Source: Felis catus
Lineage: Eukaryota
DNA length: 64,000 bases
Assembly (NCBI RefSeq): GCF_018350175.1
Contig: NC_058368.1
Coordinates: 168,332,001 to 168,396,000 of the forward strand
Direction of reading: 5' to 3'
Below the pieces are notes generated by a model. That model made no database searches, was not told the origin of the DNA, and was given only the letters and a program-made list of their open reading frames with translations. This document shows, piece after piece, positions 36,286-49,677 of this stretch. Each line of letters begins with the position of its first letter. Positions within the stretch are counted from its first letter, which is position 1. Made by a program: the position numbers and the translations under genes.

Positions 36286-36619
36286 ATGTTTAATACAATA
36301 ATTACAATAATTAAAAATCTTTCAGACTTTTGCTACTAGTGAGAAACCATGCTGTTGACTTCTATTTTGAGTTTTCAGTGTTTGTGATTTCCTCTCCCAT
36401 GTATCATATAAAGGATTCAAAATAAGAAAGAGGATATACCTTTTGGGTAGGGACTCACCTTTACAAAACCAATTATCTTATCCACTGATCAATTAACTCA
36501 CGCAGAAATTGTAAATTCGTTTCCTGATTTTTGGAGAAATTCAAGTACGTTTTTCTTCTAAACAACTAGCTTTAAATGACTATCATTAAAACAATGAAAT
36601 TATATAGTGGAGATTAAAA

Positions 36620-36830
36620 TTTTTTTAATGTTTATTTATTTTTGAGAGAGGGAGAGAGGCAGGCTTCAAGCAGGGGAGGGGCAGAGAGAGAGGGAGAGAC
36701 AGAATTGGAAACAGGCTCTAGACTCTGAGCTGTCAGCACAGAGCTCGATATGGGGCTTGAACCAATGAACTGTGAGATCATGACCTGAGCCTAAGTCACA
36801 TGCTTAACCAACTCAGCCACTCAGGCACCC
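36620..36830 (-). mobile_element. Can-SINE
   Basis: TSD atatagtggagatt at 36602-36615/36833-36846. Confidence 0.94.
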
Positions 36831-36993
36831 TAATATAGTGGAGATTTTAGAAGACATTAAAACAACAATTAACTTCTGTTTATCAACTCTGTTTCAGCCT
36901 AAGGGTGTAGTGTTCAGAATAATACTCATTCTGATTCTCTCCCTTCTGCAACACAGTCCATTGTCTCTGAATATTTATCTTTCGTTCTTCAAC

Positions 36994-37198
36994 TTTTTTT
37001 CAATATATGAAATTTATTGTCAAATTGGTTTCCATACAACACCCAGTGCTCATCCCAAAAGGTGCCCTCCTCAATACCCATCACCCACCCTCCCCTCCCT
37101 CCCACCCCCCATCAACCCTCAGTTTGTTCTCAGTTTTTAAGAATCTCTTATGCTTTGGCTCTCTCCCACTCTAACCTCTTTTTTTTTTTTTCCTTTCC
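36994..37198 (-). mobile_element. ~200-bp L1 3' end (same subfamily as 29324-29437)
   Basis: Shared AATTGGTTTCCATACAACACCCAGTGCTCATCCCAAAAGGTGCCCTCCTCAATACCCA; TSD ttcttcaa(c/t)tttt. Confidence 0.88.
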
Positions 37199-37224
37199 TT
37201 CTTCAATTTTTATCTGGGTATACG

Positions 37225-37592
37225 GCTGCCACTAATGAAGAATAGTTGTAGTTGTATAACTAAGTTCTGGGAAATGGGATTTTGGTAGAAGTGATATATG
37301 TGACTTCCAGAAGTGTCTGTAAAGAGAAGATTAGTGCTCATCTCTTCTTCCTTTTCTCCTTCCTATTGGTTTAATGTAGACAAGACAATTGGAGCTAGGG
37401 CAGCCATTTTGAATTAAGTGATAGTTGCATGATGAGGTTGACAGAGTAGTGAGGTAGAAGAAGCCTAATGCTATCATTCCAACCCTAGATCATAGATGTA
37501 GACATTTTGATGAGAGAAAAATAAAATTCTATCATGCTAACGTCATTGTTATTTGGGGATTTCTGTCATTGCTTGTTAAAGTGAATCCTAAG
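37225..37592 (+). mobile_element. MLT1J-like MaLR LTR
   Basis: AGAAGTGATATATGTGACTTCCAG...GGCAGCCATTTTGA...GAGAAAAATAAAATTCTAT...TTATTTGGGATTTCTGTCA. Confidence 0.55.
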
Positions 37593-38197
37593 CATTCCTT
37601 TTTTATTTGCTTGTTTTTGCTCAACATTTTATTGCCAACATCTGCTATAGGATGTGATGGGAGCTGAACTATGAGAGACAGCCATCTAGCAGGATAAATA
37701 TGATGGTTTTTCCTAGCCTGGAAAGGGAGATGTAAAAATAGGAGTTAAAATTGAGGACAAAAACCATCTCTAGCATAAAACATACAGTCAATAAATACTT
37801 GCTGAGTGAATTAATGAATATAATAGGTAGCTGTCATATTTTTTAATCAAATATTAAACCTGTCTAGAAGATCTTTTTCCTATACCAGTCAACTACTAAT
37901 CTCTCAGGATCCAGCTTAACTGAAACATTTCTGTCAAGCCTCCTCAGCTTCTCCTGGCATTGGGTAGTGCTTATCTCCTTGAATATGTCTGTGCATCCCT
38001 TATGTCTATCTCTGCTATCATCATATCATATTGTAACTTCAGAACAGTGCCCATGACTTTTCTTCTTTGTGCCCTTAATACTCAACATGATGACTGGAAG
38101 GATGGAGGTGAAACAAGGAAACAATTCTTCCAAACATACAAAAATTCATATAGGACTTTCCTCTGAAGATTTACTTTTTTTGCAATTTAGGAACTGC

Positions 38198-38233
<36 letters not shown>

Positions 38234-38346
38234 GTATATGTATATATATATACACACATATATATATATGTATTTATATTTAAGTATTTATATTTATATA
38301 TTATGTATGTATATACACACATACACACACACATATATATATGTAC

Positions 38347-38408
<62 letters not shown>
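38198..38408. repeat. compound (TA)n/(CA)n/(GA)n microsatellite at an MLT2 end
   Basis: ~165 bp alternating purine-pyrimidine followed by ~19 GA units. Confidence 0.95.
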
Positions 38409-38410
<2 letters not shown>

Positions 38411-38733
38411 TTTCTTTAAGGAATTGGCTTATAAAGTTGTGGGTTCTGGCAAGTTTGAAATCTGCAGGATGGAATGGCAGGCTGGAGACCCAGGGATTGA
38501 GTTGATGCTGCAGTCCCACATCTCAAGGCAATATACTAGCAGAATTCCTTCTTCTTGGGGCCCTTACTTTTTTCTTTAAGGCCTTCAACTCCTTGGATGG
38601 AACTTGTTACAGAAGGTAATCTGCTTTACTCAGAGTCTGTTGATTTAAATGCTAATCATAATATCTGGATTGGCGCTTGATCAAAAACAAGGGTACCATG
38701 ATCAAGCCAATATAACACATAAAATTAACCATA
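38409..38733 (-). mobile_element. MLT2 (ERVL) LTR
   Basis: TTTAAGGAATTGGCTTA...GGCAAGTTTGAAATCTGCAGG...GGCAGGCTGGAGACCCAGG...AAGGCCTTCAACT...ACACATAAAATTAACCAT. Confidence 0.8.
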
Positions 38734-39894
38734 AGAGGAACAATAAAGAGATGTGAGTTTATTTACTAATTTTAAGTTCATGTAGTATTATTTAGATGAC
38801 CTTGGCCAGGAAAGTTGCATTTATTATTCAGTATTATAGCAAGTCGCCATGAAGCAAGAAAAAAACAATTGATTATGACAAATAAGAGAGAGGCCCTACA
38901 GAAAACAATTAGAAACATAATCAAATGTGTTTGATAACTTCAAATTCATTATTACTGCTTATATAAAGAAAATTCACTCTCACAGAGCGTTTGTTACATA
39001 AAAGAATTAAGCCAAGCTCATGTAAACCAAGAGCTGTGGGAGAAAAACAAAAAGAATGTGTACATCAGCAATTTAATTTAAGTTTAAAAGATTTTTACTA
39101 TCAATATTTTATCTTGATTTAAATATCAAGATTTATTTTATCTTGATTTAAATATAAAGATTTAAATCAAATTAAAAGATTTTAATCAAGTATTTGAAAA
39201 CGTGAAGATATAATATTTCTTTGCCCAGGACAAGATGTCCTATTCATAGTGCAGACGAAAACGATATAAAAAGAGGGAAAGGAAAAAGTGGTCCCTAGTA
39301 TGTGTTGATCTAGATTAATAGTTGCAGTGTGCAATGTTGTAAATTTAACTTTTCTTGCTGTTTGTGCACTAAAGTGTACTCAATTGGCCCAAAAGAATTA
39401 ATGCAACTTCTAAAAGTAGGCCAACTAATTTATAGGCAATAGCTTACATACCAGGAAAACTGGATCAATAAAGTAATGTTATATTTATTTCCAAGAAACC
39501 TAGTAATATTTTTCTCATTGAAAAGTGAGCAGGAATGAAGTCAATCATAAAGTGCTTTTTTTCTGACAGTGGAATGAGCATAAGAAAACACCTCTGAGGA
39601 AGGTGTATGAATCACTGACCAGGAAGGCGAGGAGGAAGAGAAGGAAAATGCACATGGCAGGAGAAATCTGATAAATCTTTCTCAACCTGGCAGAAGGAGA
39701 ATGTGAAGATCTAGGAATTGGGTCAAAATTAAGGCCAACACCAAGAAAGAAAAAAAAAAAAAAACAGTCCTGACATTATCATTACTGGAATCCCATCCAT
39801 CCTCATTTTTATTCATTCATGTATCAATCTTCTGTTTATTCAGCTGTAATTTATGGAGCACACACCAGGTGCCAGAGCCTGATCTGGGAACTGA

Positions 39895-40303
39895 GGCTAT
39901 CTGGGAACAGGCCTAGTCTACGCTGTTCTTGCCTGGCCCGTGTCTGCCCAGTGTTCTCTGGAGGCTGCTGGCACACAAGTTCCTACAGAGGCCGATGGCT
40001 GCTTAAGTTTCTCTGCTAAGTGTGTTTGTCAGGTCTGTGCATGTGCTCAGAGATGTGATAACACCTCTGACAGGCTCCTTCACCAGTGGGTCCCAGCAGA
40101 TGTTTGGTAAATGCCCCAGTCTCCTTACAGTTGGAGGACTGAGGCCCACTTTGCCTCCCAGTGTTGACCTGCTCATTGAGGCTTTCTTTATTGGTTTTCC
40201 TCCCTTCCCTGTCTCTCTTCCCTGTTCCCTCCCTTCCAGTGTTGCCTGGGCTTACCTCCCCATCACTGAATATTTTTCAATTTTGAGGGTAAACCACACT
40301 AAG
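39895..40303 (+). mobile_element. LTR16-like ERVL LTR interrupting an L2 3' end
   Basis: TTTATTGGTTTTCCTCCCTTCCCTGTCTCTCTTCCCTG...GTGTTGCCTGGGCTTACCTCCC...CTAAGA; L2 (ATTC)n tail at ~39805-39890. Confidence 0.55.
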
Positions 40304-41319
40304 ATGGGGAAAAAAGCAGACATGATCCCTTCTTGTGGAACTTATGACTTGGGAGAGAGGGCAATAAAAAAGTGAAAGAAATTTTATTCTTATTATTGTC
40401 AGAACCTAAAGAAGGTAATAACCAGGACTATTGAGGAGTTAGAGGAGAGTGGGCCTTGTCTGGGTGTGCTTGGAGGGCCTCAGTGAGGAGGTGACTTATG
40501 AGCTGAGGCCTGAGAGGAAGGAGCCAGGTATGTAAAGAGATGAGGGGAAAATCCCATTCCCATGAAGCTCTTTCTTCTCTCACTACCATCCCAGGGTCCT
40601 AGTGACACTTAATTCTCTTCCAGAGTTGTTCCCCCATCCCCACAGAGTCCAAATATATTTGGCTGTGACACCACTCCTGGTTCTGGAATGTGCTCTATGT
40701 CCACTGAGAAGGAAGGGGGTCCACAGAGCAGCATGGGATTTATTGCTTTGGGACCAGGCACCACAGGACTTTGGGTTAGGTTTGGGGTACCTGGCCTCCC
40801 CAAGATCACGGCCTGAATCCTTGGCTCTGTGGTAAATGGCCTTTGCTGAGATCTAAGCCCCTTCTCTGGATCCATCCTTTTCCATCCTGCACAGCCAGGA
40901 GGGCCTCACGCCCACCCCTGATCAAAGGACAGACGACTGGTGTGGAAGAGGGGAGAATCCGTGGCTGCAGCTACTAGGACTTTCTCTCTCCCTTTCTGCT
41001 GGCCACAGCCCCATGAAGCTGCCACTCTGGGCTCCTTTGGATGAGGCAGAAAAGCACGTGAAGCCAGAGCAAAGGGGTTTTCGGATACCAGGTTTTTCCT
41101 TTATTCCTTCCATCAGAGGGGAAGGTGAGTCAGGTTCTCACCTGTGTAAATTCTGGGGCATTACACAGGTATTGTGATTACCTCGTGGTAATAATGTATG
41201 TTGGGAAAGAGGGTAAGAATAGTCCACTGAATTTGGTAATAAAGGCGTCATTTTCTAAGGAAACATTGCTGACTTCTTTATAAAATCACATCCCATCCTG
41301 CAATGACTGTGGTGGAGGA

Positions 41320-41650
41320 CAGAAGCGGGGGGGAGGGTATCCCCGTTTTTAGCCTGCAGTGGGCCATCTCGCTCCTGCACGCACACCAGCCGTTTACAGC
41401 ATCCGGGTCCTGCAGCAACGCTGAAGTCCTCTGCGCAGACCCGACTCCTCAGTTTGTGCAACCGCTGGCGCCTCTCTGTCCCCTTCAGAGTTCCTGTTTC
41501 CGGTGTAGAGACGTGTAGAGACGGGGACTTGCTTGTTCCCCGGTGACTGGCGGCCTCTGCTTGGAGGGTTGGTCTCACCAGAACGGCTCGCAGAGCGCAG
41601 CGTACTTAGCTCCGTGTTTCGGAAGGTTGCTCGGGCCGTGTCTGCACCAG
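41320..41650. promoter_or_regulatory. small non-repeat CpG island / probable promoter
   Basis: About 24 CpGs in ~320 bp by manual count, GC about 60%; ETS motifs TTCCGG 41498-41503 and CGGAAG 41620-41625; NRF1-like TGCGCA; splice donors on both strands. Confidence 0.65.
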
Positions 41651-42693
41651 GTTTGGTGGGGGTGGCAGTGGGAAGGAGGTTGTTTTGCTCCCCTTGCTGA
41701 CCTTTGAAAGAACAATTTCAACATCGATATTGTTCTGGGAACGGGGTTATGACATGATGGGAAGTGCTGGGCAAGAGGAAATAGAGAAGAAAAAGTGTGT
41801 GCTTCTGAGACGTGGGCCATGAAAAGAATAGAAACAAACAAAAACAAGAATGGGAACTCGAGGAATCCACAGGGTGAAGGAATTTTTTAATTTTTAACGA
41901 AGATGAGAGATACCTGAGCATATTAGACAGGAGAGGGACTGAAAGAGGAGAGACGAGAGGATTTATGAGGGCAATTTCTCAGTGTCACAAGCCTTGTCTT
42001 ACTTGAATTGCACAGTCACCAATATTGACAGCAGTCTCCTCCATCACTTCCTCCTCTTTTGTCCTTCTCCCTTTGTCTTCATATTTCATGCTGGCTCTGT
42101 GTAGAGAGAATATATAATATAAAAGATAAAGTTCTCAGACTCTGCACCCCAACCTTGAGATAATTACTGCTATCAACAGTTTGGTAAATATTTCTACAGA
42201 TTTTTTTAATATGTTAATACACACACAAATGACTATTTTTGCAACTTATTTTTTCAAATATCAGATTATATTATATGTTAGCAATTCTTTTCTACTGTAA
42301 TGACATATTTCAAAGTTTTAATATACCTACCATTTCTTTTCTAAGAGGTATTATTGCCTAGTGGTTAAGAGAAAATGTTCTGGTGTCGTACTGCTAGTCT
42401 TCAAATTCTGGCTAAGCTATTGCAGTCAGTTCTTTCTTTGCGTGAATTTCAGTTGCTATGGTTTTGTTAAAAAAATACCAGACTCAACAACACAATTCAT
42501 ATTTCACTTACCATGTGAATAATTGCATAAAGAACAAAATGTTGCTGCTAGCTCTTCAAACCACACATCTGTATGTAAAAATAGATATATATTATGATCA
42601 GTCACCAATCACATCACTTCTTTCAAAATCTGTTGATGATTGGTCATTGTACATCTGTTACCAATTCACACACAGACAATAAAGCACATATTG

Positions 42694-42899
42694 TTTTTTT
42701 AATATTTATTTATTTTTGAGAGAGAGAAAGAGAGAGTATTAGCAGGGGAGGAATAGAGACACAGGAATAGAGAGAGAAGCAGGCTCCAGGTTCTGAGCTG
42801 TCAGCACAGAGCCCGACACACGGCGTGAACTCATGAACCATGAGATCATGACCTGAACTGAAGTGGGATGCTTAACAAACTGAGCCACCCAGGTGCCCC
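42694..42899 (-). mobile_element. Can-SINE
   Basis: TSD aataaa(g/a)cacata. Confidence 0.93.
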
Positions 42900-43317
42900 A
42901 ATAAAACACATAGTTATGTTGCTTCCATGTTTCCCATTGATAAACCTATGTGACATTTTGGAAAAATGGGTACAAAAAAGAAAGAATTGGCTAAAAAAGA
43001 TGAAAGGGCAGCAAAGAAACAAAAAGTAATAGTGCTGAAAGTGAAATTCGAGTAGAATTTCTAGAAGGAATGACTGACCAGGGGAATGTTAACATTGCTG
43101 CTATGTGAGAGACCTAGATATGCAGCCAAGGAACTCAGTGAGGATGCATTGACATAAATGAAGAAAGTGCTTGTGAAGGAAGGGAGGAAGATATCCCAGA
43201 AGAAGTGACACTTACAAAAACTTCACAGCACAGAAACCATGAGAAATATTTCACAATACTGAAAGCATTAAGGATAAAATATTGGAAAGTTATCCAAACT
43301 TAAAACATGACGTTACA

Positions 43318-43555
43318 CGGATGCCTGGGTGGCTCAGTCGGTTAAGCATCTGACTTCTGACTCTGACTTCTGACTCAGGTCATGATCTCACAGTTCATGA
43401 GTTTGAGCCCAGAGTTGGGCTCTGTGCTGACAGTTTAGAGCCTGGAGCCTGCTGTGGATTCTGTCTCCTTCTCTCCACCCCGCCCCCTCTTGTGCTGTCT
43501 CTCTCTCTCTCTCTCTCTCTCAAATATAAATAAACGTTAAAAAATTAAAAAATAA
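43318..43555 (+). mobile_element. Can-SINE with internal CTGACT(T) duplication
   Basis: SINEC head containing ctgacttctgactctgacttctgactc. Confidence 0.92.
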
Positions 43556-44092
43556 ATTGGAGTGTATTAAGTATTATTTGTATTATTTTCTGTGCATTTA
43601 TAATAGACAGCATGAGTATTTTTAATATTTTGATTAAAAAACTTTATATCAATTATTTTCTTACTGATTATCAAGCTCACCTCATTGTATTCAGTATGCA
43701 TGGTCATTGTATGGTCCTACATTACTGTGTAAAGCCAGGACTACTTACATCTAGCTGAGTATCTTGGGTGAGTTATTTCAACTGTTTATAGTTCATTTTT
43801 TTCCACCTGAAAAATGGAGATATGATAGTATCTACCTTATAGGGATGCTGTGATAGTTATCTGAGTTAATATCTATAAAGCAACTAGAACAAATAATAGG
43901 TTATTGGTAAATAGCATTAATTGAATGCCCGATTATATTTCATTGTATGGCCATATCTTAACTTTCAAACAATCCCTTATTGTTGGATATTTATGTTTGT
44001 AAATGTTTGTAAAAATCTTCTGTGATAAACATTACAGTGATCATCCGTGTCCATAGATCTTTGAACAGTCTCTGTTTCTATTAGGTAAATTC

Positions 44093-44294
44093 TTTTTTTT
44101 TTTTTTTTGAGAGAGAGAGCATGCCTGTGTGGTATACATGAGTGGGAGAGGGGCAGAGGAAGACGGAGATTTTTAAGTTGCCTCCATACCCAGTACCAAG
44201 CCAGAGGCAGCACTGGATCTCACAATTCTGAGATCATGACCTGAGCCGAAATCAAGAGTTGGATGCTTAACCAACTGAGCCACCCAGGCACCCC
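44093..44294 (-). mobile_element. Can-SINE
   Basis: TSD ttag(g/a)taaattctt. Confidence 0.88.
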
Positions 44295-44345
44295 TGTTAG
44301 ATAAATTCTTGAGAAGAATAGTAGCATTACAAAAAAATGACCACA

Positions 44346-44560
44346 GGGCTGTCTGGATGACTCAGTTGGGTAAGCATACAGACTCTCGGTTTGAGCTCAA
44401 GTCATGATCTCACGGCTGGTAGGATCTCTAGTCCTGTGTTGGGCTCTGTGCTGACAGTGGAGAGCCTGCTTGGGATTCTGTCTCCCTCTCTGTCCCTCCC
44501 CCACTTGGGCATGCTCGCTCTCTCTCTCTCTCTCCTCTAAGTAAATAAATAAACTTTTAA
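44346..44560 (+). mobile_element. Can-SINE
   Basis: SINEC body, (CT)n, AATAAA. Confidence 0.9.
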
Positions 44561-46125
44561 AAAGTTTATTAGGTTAAAAAAAAACTCTTAAAAATTTAGT
44601 AAATATTTCCAGATTGCCTTCCAAAAATGTTCCAAGGACGTAGATCCCTATTTCCCTATAGTCACACAGATTCCTTTAAAATTTTTGCTAATGTGAAAGG
44701 CAAAAATGATGTCTGATTTTAACTAGTATTTCTTTGATAAGGAATGGGCTTGATCATTTTTCACATGTTTTTTGACCATTTTGTATGTCTTTTGCTGAAA
44801 GGTCTGTTCTAGTTCTTTGCTTATTTTCCTATTGATGTGTCACTTTCATAGTGATATTTTTCCTCTTTTAATTTATTTTCACATATTCAATAATGAAACA
44901 TTGCAAAAACAGTTGCATATACCATCTAACTAAAGTTAAAAGCAATTTTTCCATATTTAGAAGTCCTTCATTCTAGGCAATAACATATTTCCTCATAACT
45001 TAAAAAAATCTTTGTTTTAAAACAATTATAGACTCCTACAAAATTGCTAAAACAGCACACAAAGCCCTGTGAACCCCTCACCCAATTTATCCCATTGATC
45101 ACATTTTATATAGCTGTAGTGCAATATGAAAACCAGGAAACTGATACTGGCACAAAATTGTTAACTTGATTACAGACTTTATTCCATTTTTATTCCTCTG
45201 TGCATGTAAAGTATTATGCGGTTTTATCTCATATGTAGATTTGTGTAACCACAACCATAATCAAGATAGAACTCATCTCTGAAAAGGACTTTCCAATTTG
45301 TAGTTGTCCCCACACTCATCCTTGTCCCCTAGCAACCACCGATCTGTCCTCCATCTCTATATTTTCGTCATTTTAAGAATGTATACAAGCACAAATGTAC
45401 AGTATGTAACCATTTGAGTTTGGCATTTTTACTAAGCATAATGACCCTGAGATCCATCCAAGTTGTTTGCATCAATAGTTTATCCTTTTTACTTCTGACT
45501 AGAATTCCATTATATGGATATACCAAGGTTTGTGTAACCATCCATCCACTGAAGAACATTTGGGTTGTTTCCAGTTTTGACAGTTGTGAATGAAGTTGAT
45601 ATGAACATTCATGCACAGGTGTTTGTGTGAATGTAAGTTTTCATTTCTCTGGGATAATTTTCTACAAGTGTGACTACTGGGTAGTAGTATAGCAGATGCA
45701 TATTTAGTTTTATAAGAAACTGCCAAGTTATTTTTCAGAGTGGCTGTACTATTTTACATCTCACCAGTAAAGTATGACTAATGTAGTTTCTCTGCATACT
45801 TGCCAGTATTTGGTGTTATCAATAATTTTTATTTTAGACATTCTGATAGGTGTATAATGATACCTCATTGTGGTTTTAATTTGCATTTCCCTAACCGTTA
45901 ATAATGCTGAACATCTTTTCATCTTTCTTAGTTACCATTCATAACTCATCTTGGGTAAAATATCTGTTTACCCATGTCTTTTAGAGTTGTTCATTCTTAT
46001 TGAGTTGTTTATTTGTTTGTGCTGTTGAGATCTGAGAATTCTTTATAAATTCCAGATGAAATTCCCTGTCAGGTAGGTTGTTTGCAACTATTTTTCTCTT
46101 GTCTGCAGCTTGTTTTTTCATCCTC

Positions 46126-46337
46126 TTTTTTTTGTTTTGTTTGTTCATTTATTTATCTTGCGGGGGAGCACGTGAGCAAGTGGGGGAGGGGCAGAGAGAG
46201 CAGGAGAGAGAATCTCAAGCAGGCTCTGCACTGTCAGCACAAAGCCCAACGTGGGGCTCAGTCTCACAATTGTGAGATCATGACCTGAGCTGAAATCAAG
46301 AGTCAGATGCTTAGCTGACTGAGCCACCTAGGTGCCT
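46126..46337 (-). mobile_element. Can-SINE
   Basis: SINEC body. Confidence 0.9.
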
Positions 46338-46361
46338 CTCACCTTAAAAAAAAAAAAAAAA

Positions 46362-46554
46362 GTTTACTTACATATTTTGAGAGAGAGTGTGCGCGTGTGC
46401 ACTTGCATGTGGCAAAGAGAGAGGGCGAGAGAGAATCCCAAGTAGTCTCCTCGCTGTCACCACAGAGCCCCAAGTGGGGCTTGATCCTGTGAACTTGAGA
46501 TCATGACCTGAAGGGATATTAAGAGTCGGACACTTAGTCGCCGGTAGTGTCCCC
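46362..46554 (-). mobile_element. Can-SINE (diverged)
   Basis: SINEC body with eroded head. Confidence 0.8.
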
Positions 46555-48259
46555 TCATCTTCTTAATAGAGCCTTTCACAGAGCAAATGTTTTAGTTTTT
46601 GTTAAAGTTCAGTTTATCAGTTTATTCTTTTATGGCTTTCTTATTGATTTTTAAGTGCTCATGTATTAGGGAAATTAGTCCTATGACTGGTCAGGCATGT
46701 TAGAAATAGTTTTTTTTTATATAAAAACAAAATTTTAATTTGGTTATTGATGGTACTTTGTTCCACATTAAAGTTTTTCTTTCTGTGTAGTCAAATCTTT
46801 ATCATTTTAGTCTGTTGCATCTTTTGTGCTGTGCTTTTTTTAAACCTCTTCCTTAAAATTGTTGACCTTTTTGGCTTCTCTAATATGCTCTCTGATTTTA
46901 TTCAGCTGCCCAAAAGTGTAAGTCTTTAGAAAAAACTCTTAATTATTGACATTTTAATACACTCACTTTTTTCTCTCCCTGTATAATTTTTTCCATCTGA
47001 TCTATGCATTGTCACAGCTTCAGCCATAATCCCTAGCTTTGATTTGTATTTACAGCTCCAAACTGATTGGACTTTTTCACAAGGCTATCCTTCCATCACC
47101 TGAAATTCAGATGTCCTCAGGGGAGATCATTATTCTCCCCCTTTGGTTATCATCCTAGGCTAGAAACTGCAACATCATGTTAACCTTTTCCTTATAAACA
47201 GATATCAGTAGTCACCATTTCCTGCTTATTTGTTTTGCAGCATCCTTTAAATCTGGTTTCCTTTGGTTCAGATTCCAGTTATTACTAATTAGAGATGAGA
47301 TAGCTATTTCCTAAATGGTCCCAAGTTTGTCATTTTTTTCTGCTCAAAATTCTACAATAAATGAGAAAGTAAAAAAGATGTAACACTAATGATTAAAAAT
47401 AATACATAACCATGGGTAGACGAGAGACTCAAACTTTTATGGAAGAATATTATGTACAACTCTATGACAATTTAAAAATCTGGGAAATTGATGTTTTTGT
47501 AGAAGAATATAAATTACCAAAATTGAATAAATAAAAAACCTGAATAGGTCCAGATCATGAAAGGGATGCAGAAGATTTATCATTTGAAAAGGTATTAGGG
47601 CTAGTGTTAGCTGCTACAGAGGAGAAAAAAATCCAAACATACCCTCTACCTACAATGAATTTAAGGCCCACTATAGAGCACAGGTTGAGTCAAGCAAGCA
47701 AGAGCATGAGACTGGTTAGATGACTTGTTGATTCTTTTAAATTAATGGCCTTTATGATTTTTTTCCCCCAAATCGAATACCTTGCATAGAGAAACAACAA
47801 ATAGACACAGGGTTTTTTTGTTTGGTTTTTCACATTAGTTTTGTTCTCTGGAAACCTCAAGATGGCAGCATTTTACTTTGGAAGAAGCTGTTTATTGCCT
47901 GTAGTGCCCATCGTGCTTTTCTATTCATAACAACACCCAGAAGCCAGGTTGTCACAGGAGGAGGGGGTGGGAGATAAGGTGTTATATGTACTTCAGAATA
48001 TTCTGACCTTTTACACTCTTCTCTAATTTAGCATCCATCCACAAAGAACCTCTGTAAATTGGTACTTCAGGTAAGCCTTCAGGTGAGCAGTTTCTCTACA
48101 GTCATTATAGAAACAGGTATTTTATTCTAGCTGCATCTGTTCCGCTTCAGCTAAATGGCTGATTTTTCTGTTCCCAACATGGCACTTGCACAGAAACAAT
48201 TTTATTTTCATCTTGGATATTAGGCAGTATAGAGTCAATATTTTAATAGTGCAATAGTG

Positions 48260-48832
48260 TCATACCTTGCCCAGATTGAAATGGTCTCCTTGCCTCCTTA
48301 GAGCCTCTTTTCCGGACTTCCTGTCCTGTCACTGTCTTATTCCCAACCATCCTATGGCTTCCCATTGCAATTAAAGTAAACACAAACTCCTTACTGTGAC
48401 CTGCATGCTCTGTAGGGTCTGGCTCTTCCCACTTCTGTGACTTCATCTTTTATCATTTTCCCTCTGACCTTTTCACTTTGTTCTGGCTACCATGGTCTTG
48501 CTGTTCTGTAACACAGTGAGATTTGTGCATCTCAGGGCCTTTGCACTCTAATTTTTGCATGGCTTACTTTCTTATTTGAGTCTCAAGTGTCAGTTCTTCA
48601 GAAAGGACTTCCCTGATCACTATCCTTCTCTCCCCAACCTTGTCCTTATCCTCTTTATTTTTCTTCATTGGAGGAATAATACTACCTAATAATTTATTTT
48701 TTGTCTTTCTCAAGCAGAATTAAGTTCCTTGGAGGATTGGAACTTTGTCTTATTTACTCCTGTCTCCTTTTAGAACCTAGAAATATGCCTGACATATAAT
48801 AGGTGCTCCAGAACTAGTTACTGAGTGAATGA
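48260..48832 (+). mobile_element. L2 3' region
   Basis: ATGGCTTCCCATTGCAATTAAAGTAAA...CTCAGGGCCTTTGCAC...GCCTGACATATAATAGGTGCTC...TGAGTGAATGAA tail. Confidence 0.75.
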
Positions 48833-49677
48833 AAAAAAATGAAGCAAAGTTCAATCAATCTGGTATCTCTATTTTATCTCTTTTATAGGTAGCAGTAAGC
48901 CAGATACTTGGAAAGTAGAAGTCTAAACCCTAGTGAGGCAGTCTTATTGACACTAACTCATTAAATTTTTTTAGGCACCCATGATTATCTACATTTATTT
49001 TTTTTCTTAAGGACTTCTGATTGAAAAAATTATCTCCCAAATCGTCCTAAAACAAAAATGGTCAGATAAATGATAGCAGTTAGGTATCTTTAGCATTTAA
49101 ATAATTTAAAAAATGTCAAAATTAGCATCAGATTTTTCTATAATAGATCTGTGGAATTAATTCTTAAATGAAGTAAATTTTACTGAGACATTATGTGAGT
49201 TACCCAAAAGAACTTGTCACTTATGTCAAAAGAGTATCTGCGTTACTAATCCTGGATGATATTTTGTCTGCAAAACAGCTCTGAGGCATAGAATATTCAG
49301 GCTGCAAAGAGAAGAGTGTAAATAATTAAGATGTAAATTCAATTATGGCTGTGTCCCTATTACAGTTCTTTTTTTGGTAATAGCAATATACCGTGTCCTC
49401 AATTTATAAATGGAATTTCATCAGATGTAAGCATGTGGAAGGAGAAATTATGAAAAGTTCTTGGTAAATAAAAAGCAATTCATTAAATATTCCCAGCTGT
49501 ATGGATCTAGTTGTACTCAAAATATTTAATTCAGTTTTGCAGCTACATAGAATCCCAAAATTTAATTATATCATAATTTAAATAGTATTCTGTTCTGAAA
49601 CATATTAAGATAATTCCCTACTTCTTTTTTTTTGCAATAATAAACATTCATTAAGCTGAAATATATTAAATACCATC

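Larger units (their letters stand above)
42423..43746. mobile_element. Tigger (TcMar) DNA transposon relic, Tigger13-like, inserted in a MIR and carrying two SINEs
   Basis: Reverse end GTAGTCCTGGCTTTACACAGTAATGTAGGACCATACAATGACCATGCA; transposase-like remnant near 42975-43050; MIR halves at ~42345-42420 and ~43750-43930. Confidence 0.6.
45005..46640 (-). mobile_element. old L1 (L1MB-like) 3' region, interrupted by two SINEs
   Basis: ORF2 C-terminal-like ORF fragments (WKQPKCSS..GW..KPWYIH; TWMDLRVIMLSK) and L1M 3'UTR. Confidence 0.8.
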
